Source: an archaeon (lineage in GTDB: Archaea > Nanobdellota > Nanobdellia > Pacearchaeales > GW2011-AR1). Taken from it: a stretch of DNA of 64,000 bases. A program made the translations under genes and the position numbers. Below are positions 62,934-64,000 of the stretch, piece after piece. Within the stretch, counting starts at the first letter, position 1, and each line of letters begins with the position of its first letter. Below the pieces are notes generated by a model, which had not been told where the DNA came from, made no database searches, and worked only from the letters and a program-made list of their open reading frames with translations. The stretch spans positions 97,049 through 161,048 of the forward strand of contig JABHLR010000005.1 in NCBI GenBank assembly GCA_018693315.1, written 5' to 3'.

Positions 62934-64000
62934 ATGAAATTTGAATCATTAGATATTATCGATCCGATTTTGCGTGCGCTTAAAACTAAGGGTTATGTGA
63001 AACCGTCGCCGATACAAGAGAAAACTATTCCTTTGCTTTTGGAAGATAGGGATGTAATTGGAATTGCGCAGACTGGGACTGGGAAGACTGCGGCGTTTGT
63101 TGTTCCGGTTTTGCAGAAGTTGCATGAGCGAAGTAATGGACCGCGAGGTAAGAATCCGCGAGCTTTGATTTTGGCACCGACGAGAGAATTGGCTGCGCAG
63201 ATTTCTGAGAGTTTTGATGAATATGGTAAGTTTTTGAATTTGAAACATTTGGCGGTTTATGGTGGTGTTGGGATTATTCCGCAGGTTAGAGCTTTGCAGC
63301 ATGGGGTTGATATTTTGATTGCTACTCCTGGGAGATTGATGGATTTGATGAATCAGAGGAAGATTACTTTGAGGGATGTTGAGTTTTTTGTTTTGGATGA
63401 GGCTGATAGAATGTTGGATATGGGATTTGTTCATGATGTTAAGAAAATTGCGTCTTCGCTTTCTGTTGAGAGGCAGAATTTGTTTTTCTCAGCGACGATG
63501 AATAAGGCTGTTAGTGATTTGAGTATGAACTTTTTGAGAAATCCGGTTAGGATTGATATTACTCCGGAATCGACTCCTGTTGATAAGATTGAGCAGTGTG
63601 TTTTTTTCGTTGATCAGTATGATAAGAATGAGTTGTTGTTGGATCTGATTAAGCAACAGAATATGACGAAGGTTTTGGTTTTTGTTGGGATGAAATATAA
63701 GGCTGATAGGGTCGTTGATATGTTGGGGAAGGCGGGAATTAGTGCCGAGGCGATTCATGGTAATAAGTCTCAGTATCAGAGGACGCGAGCTTTGAATAAT
63801 TTTAAGAGTGGTCGGGCTAGAGTTTTGGTTGCGACTGATATTGCTGCGCGAGGAATTGATATTAAGGATATTGGGCATGTGATTAATTTTGATTTGCCGA
63901 ACGAGCCTGAGAATTATGTTCATAGGATTGGTCGAACTGCTAGAGCTGGGAAGGATGGGACTGCTTATTCTTTTTGTGCGGCTTGTGATAGGAATTTTTT
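62934..64000 (+). CDS. DEAD-box ATP-dependent RNA helicase (RhlE-like), 3' end beyond the window
   Basis: Hand translation: MKFESLDIIDPILRALKTKGYVKPSPIQEKTIP...AQTGTGKTAAF, VLDEADRMLDMGF, SAT, ARGIDI, HRIGRTARAG. Open to position 64000. Confidence 0.9.
   Translation, partial: MKFESLDIIDPILRALKTKGYVKPSPIQEKTIPLLLEDRDVIGIAQTGTGKTAAFVVPVLQKLHERSNGPRGKNPRALILAPTRELAAQISESFDEYGKFLNLKHLAVYGGVGIIPQVRALQHGVDILIATPGRLMDLMNQRKITLRDVEFFVLDEADRMLDMGFVHDVKKIASSLSVERQNLFFSATMNKAVSDLSMNFLRNPVRIDITPESTPVDKIEQCVFFVDQYDKNELLLDLIKQQNMTKVLVFVGMKYKADRVVDMLGKAGISAEAIHGNKSQYQRTRALNNFKSGRARVLVATDIAARGIDIKDIGHVINFDLPNEPENYVHRIGRTARAGKDGTAYSFCAACDRNF

Overview
Most of this window is gene-dense, AT-rich archaeal chromosome. 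It carries aIF2-gamma, aIF5B, ribosomal proteins S6e/L10e/L35Ae, an archaeal-type GluRS, PEP synthase, tRNA-Val, two DEAD-box helicases and a complete type I R-M operon. A small-genome, DPANN-like affiliation is only my inference. The main anomaly is a block of about 15.5 kb (about 25,991-41,481) that looks clearly richer in G+C by eye; I did not compute it. All of its roughly 25 small ORFs lie on the minus strand and use bacterial rather than archaeal signals: near-invariant GAAAGGAG Shine-Dalgarno boxes 5-9 nt before the starts, lipobox and Sec signal peptides, a textbook PEP-CTERM protein, stem-loop plus U-tract terminators, and a bacterial-looking tRNA-like gene with a UCA anticodon. The right part of the block holds five copies of a hairpin-rich element of about 140 bp, each fused to a different small ORF (period about 415-435 bp). 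The stems show compensatory changes, and their mismatches are G.U only on the minus strand. No integrase, transposase, capsid or CRISPR feature was recognised. The block could be a recent bacterial-to-archaeal transfer, an unknown mobile element, or an assembly chimera, and sequence alone cannot decide between these. Other points of interest in the host-like DNA: a HerA/FtsK-like ATPase next to the block, a sigma-70 (FliA-like) gene, an hsdR-RHH-hsdS-membrane protein-hsdM operon, a truncated dph2, a 27-aa Cys-rich micro-ORF, and a G-rich candidate ncRNA behind a duplicated TATA-like box. All functional calls rest on motifs read from the supplied translations. No database search was run.
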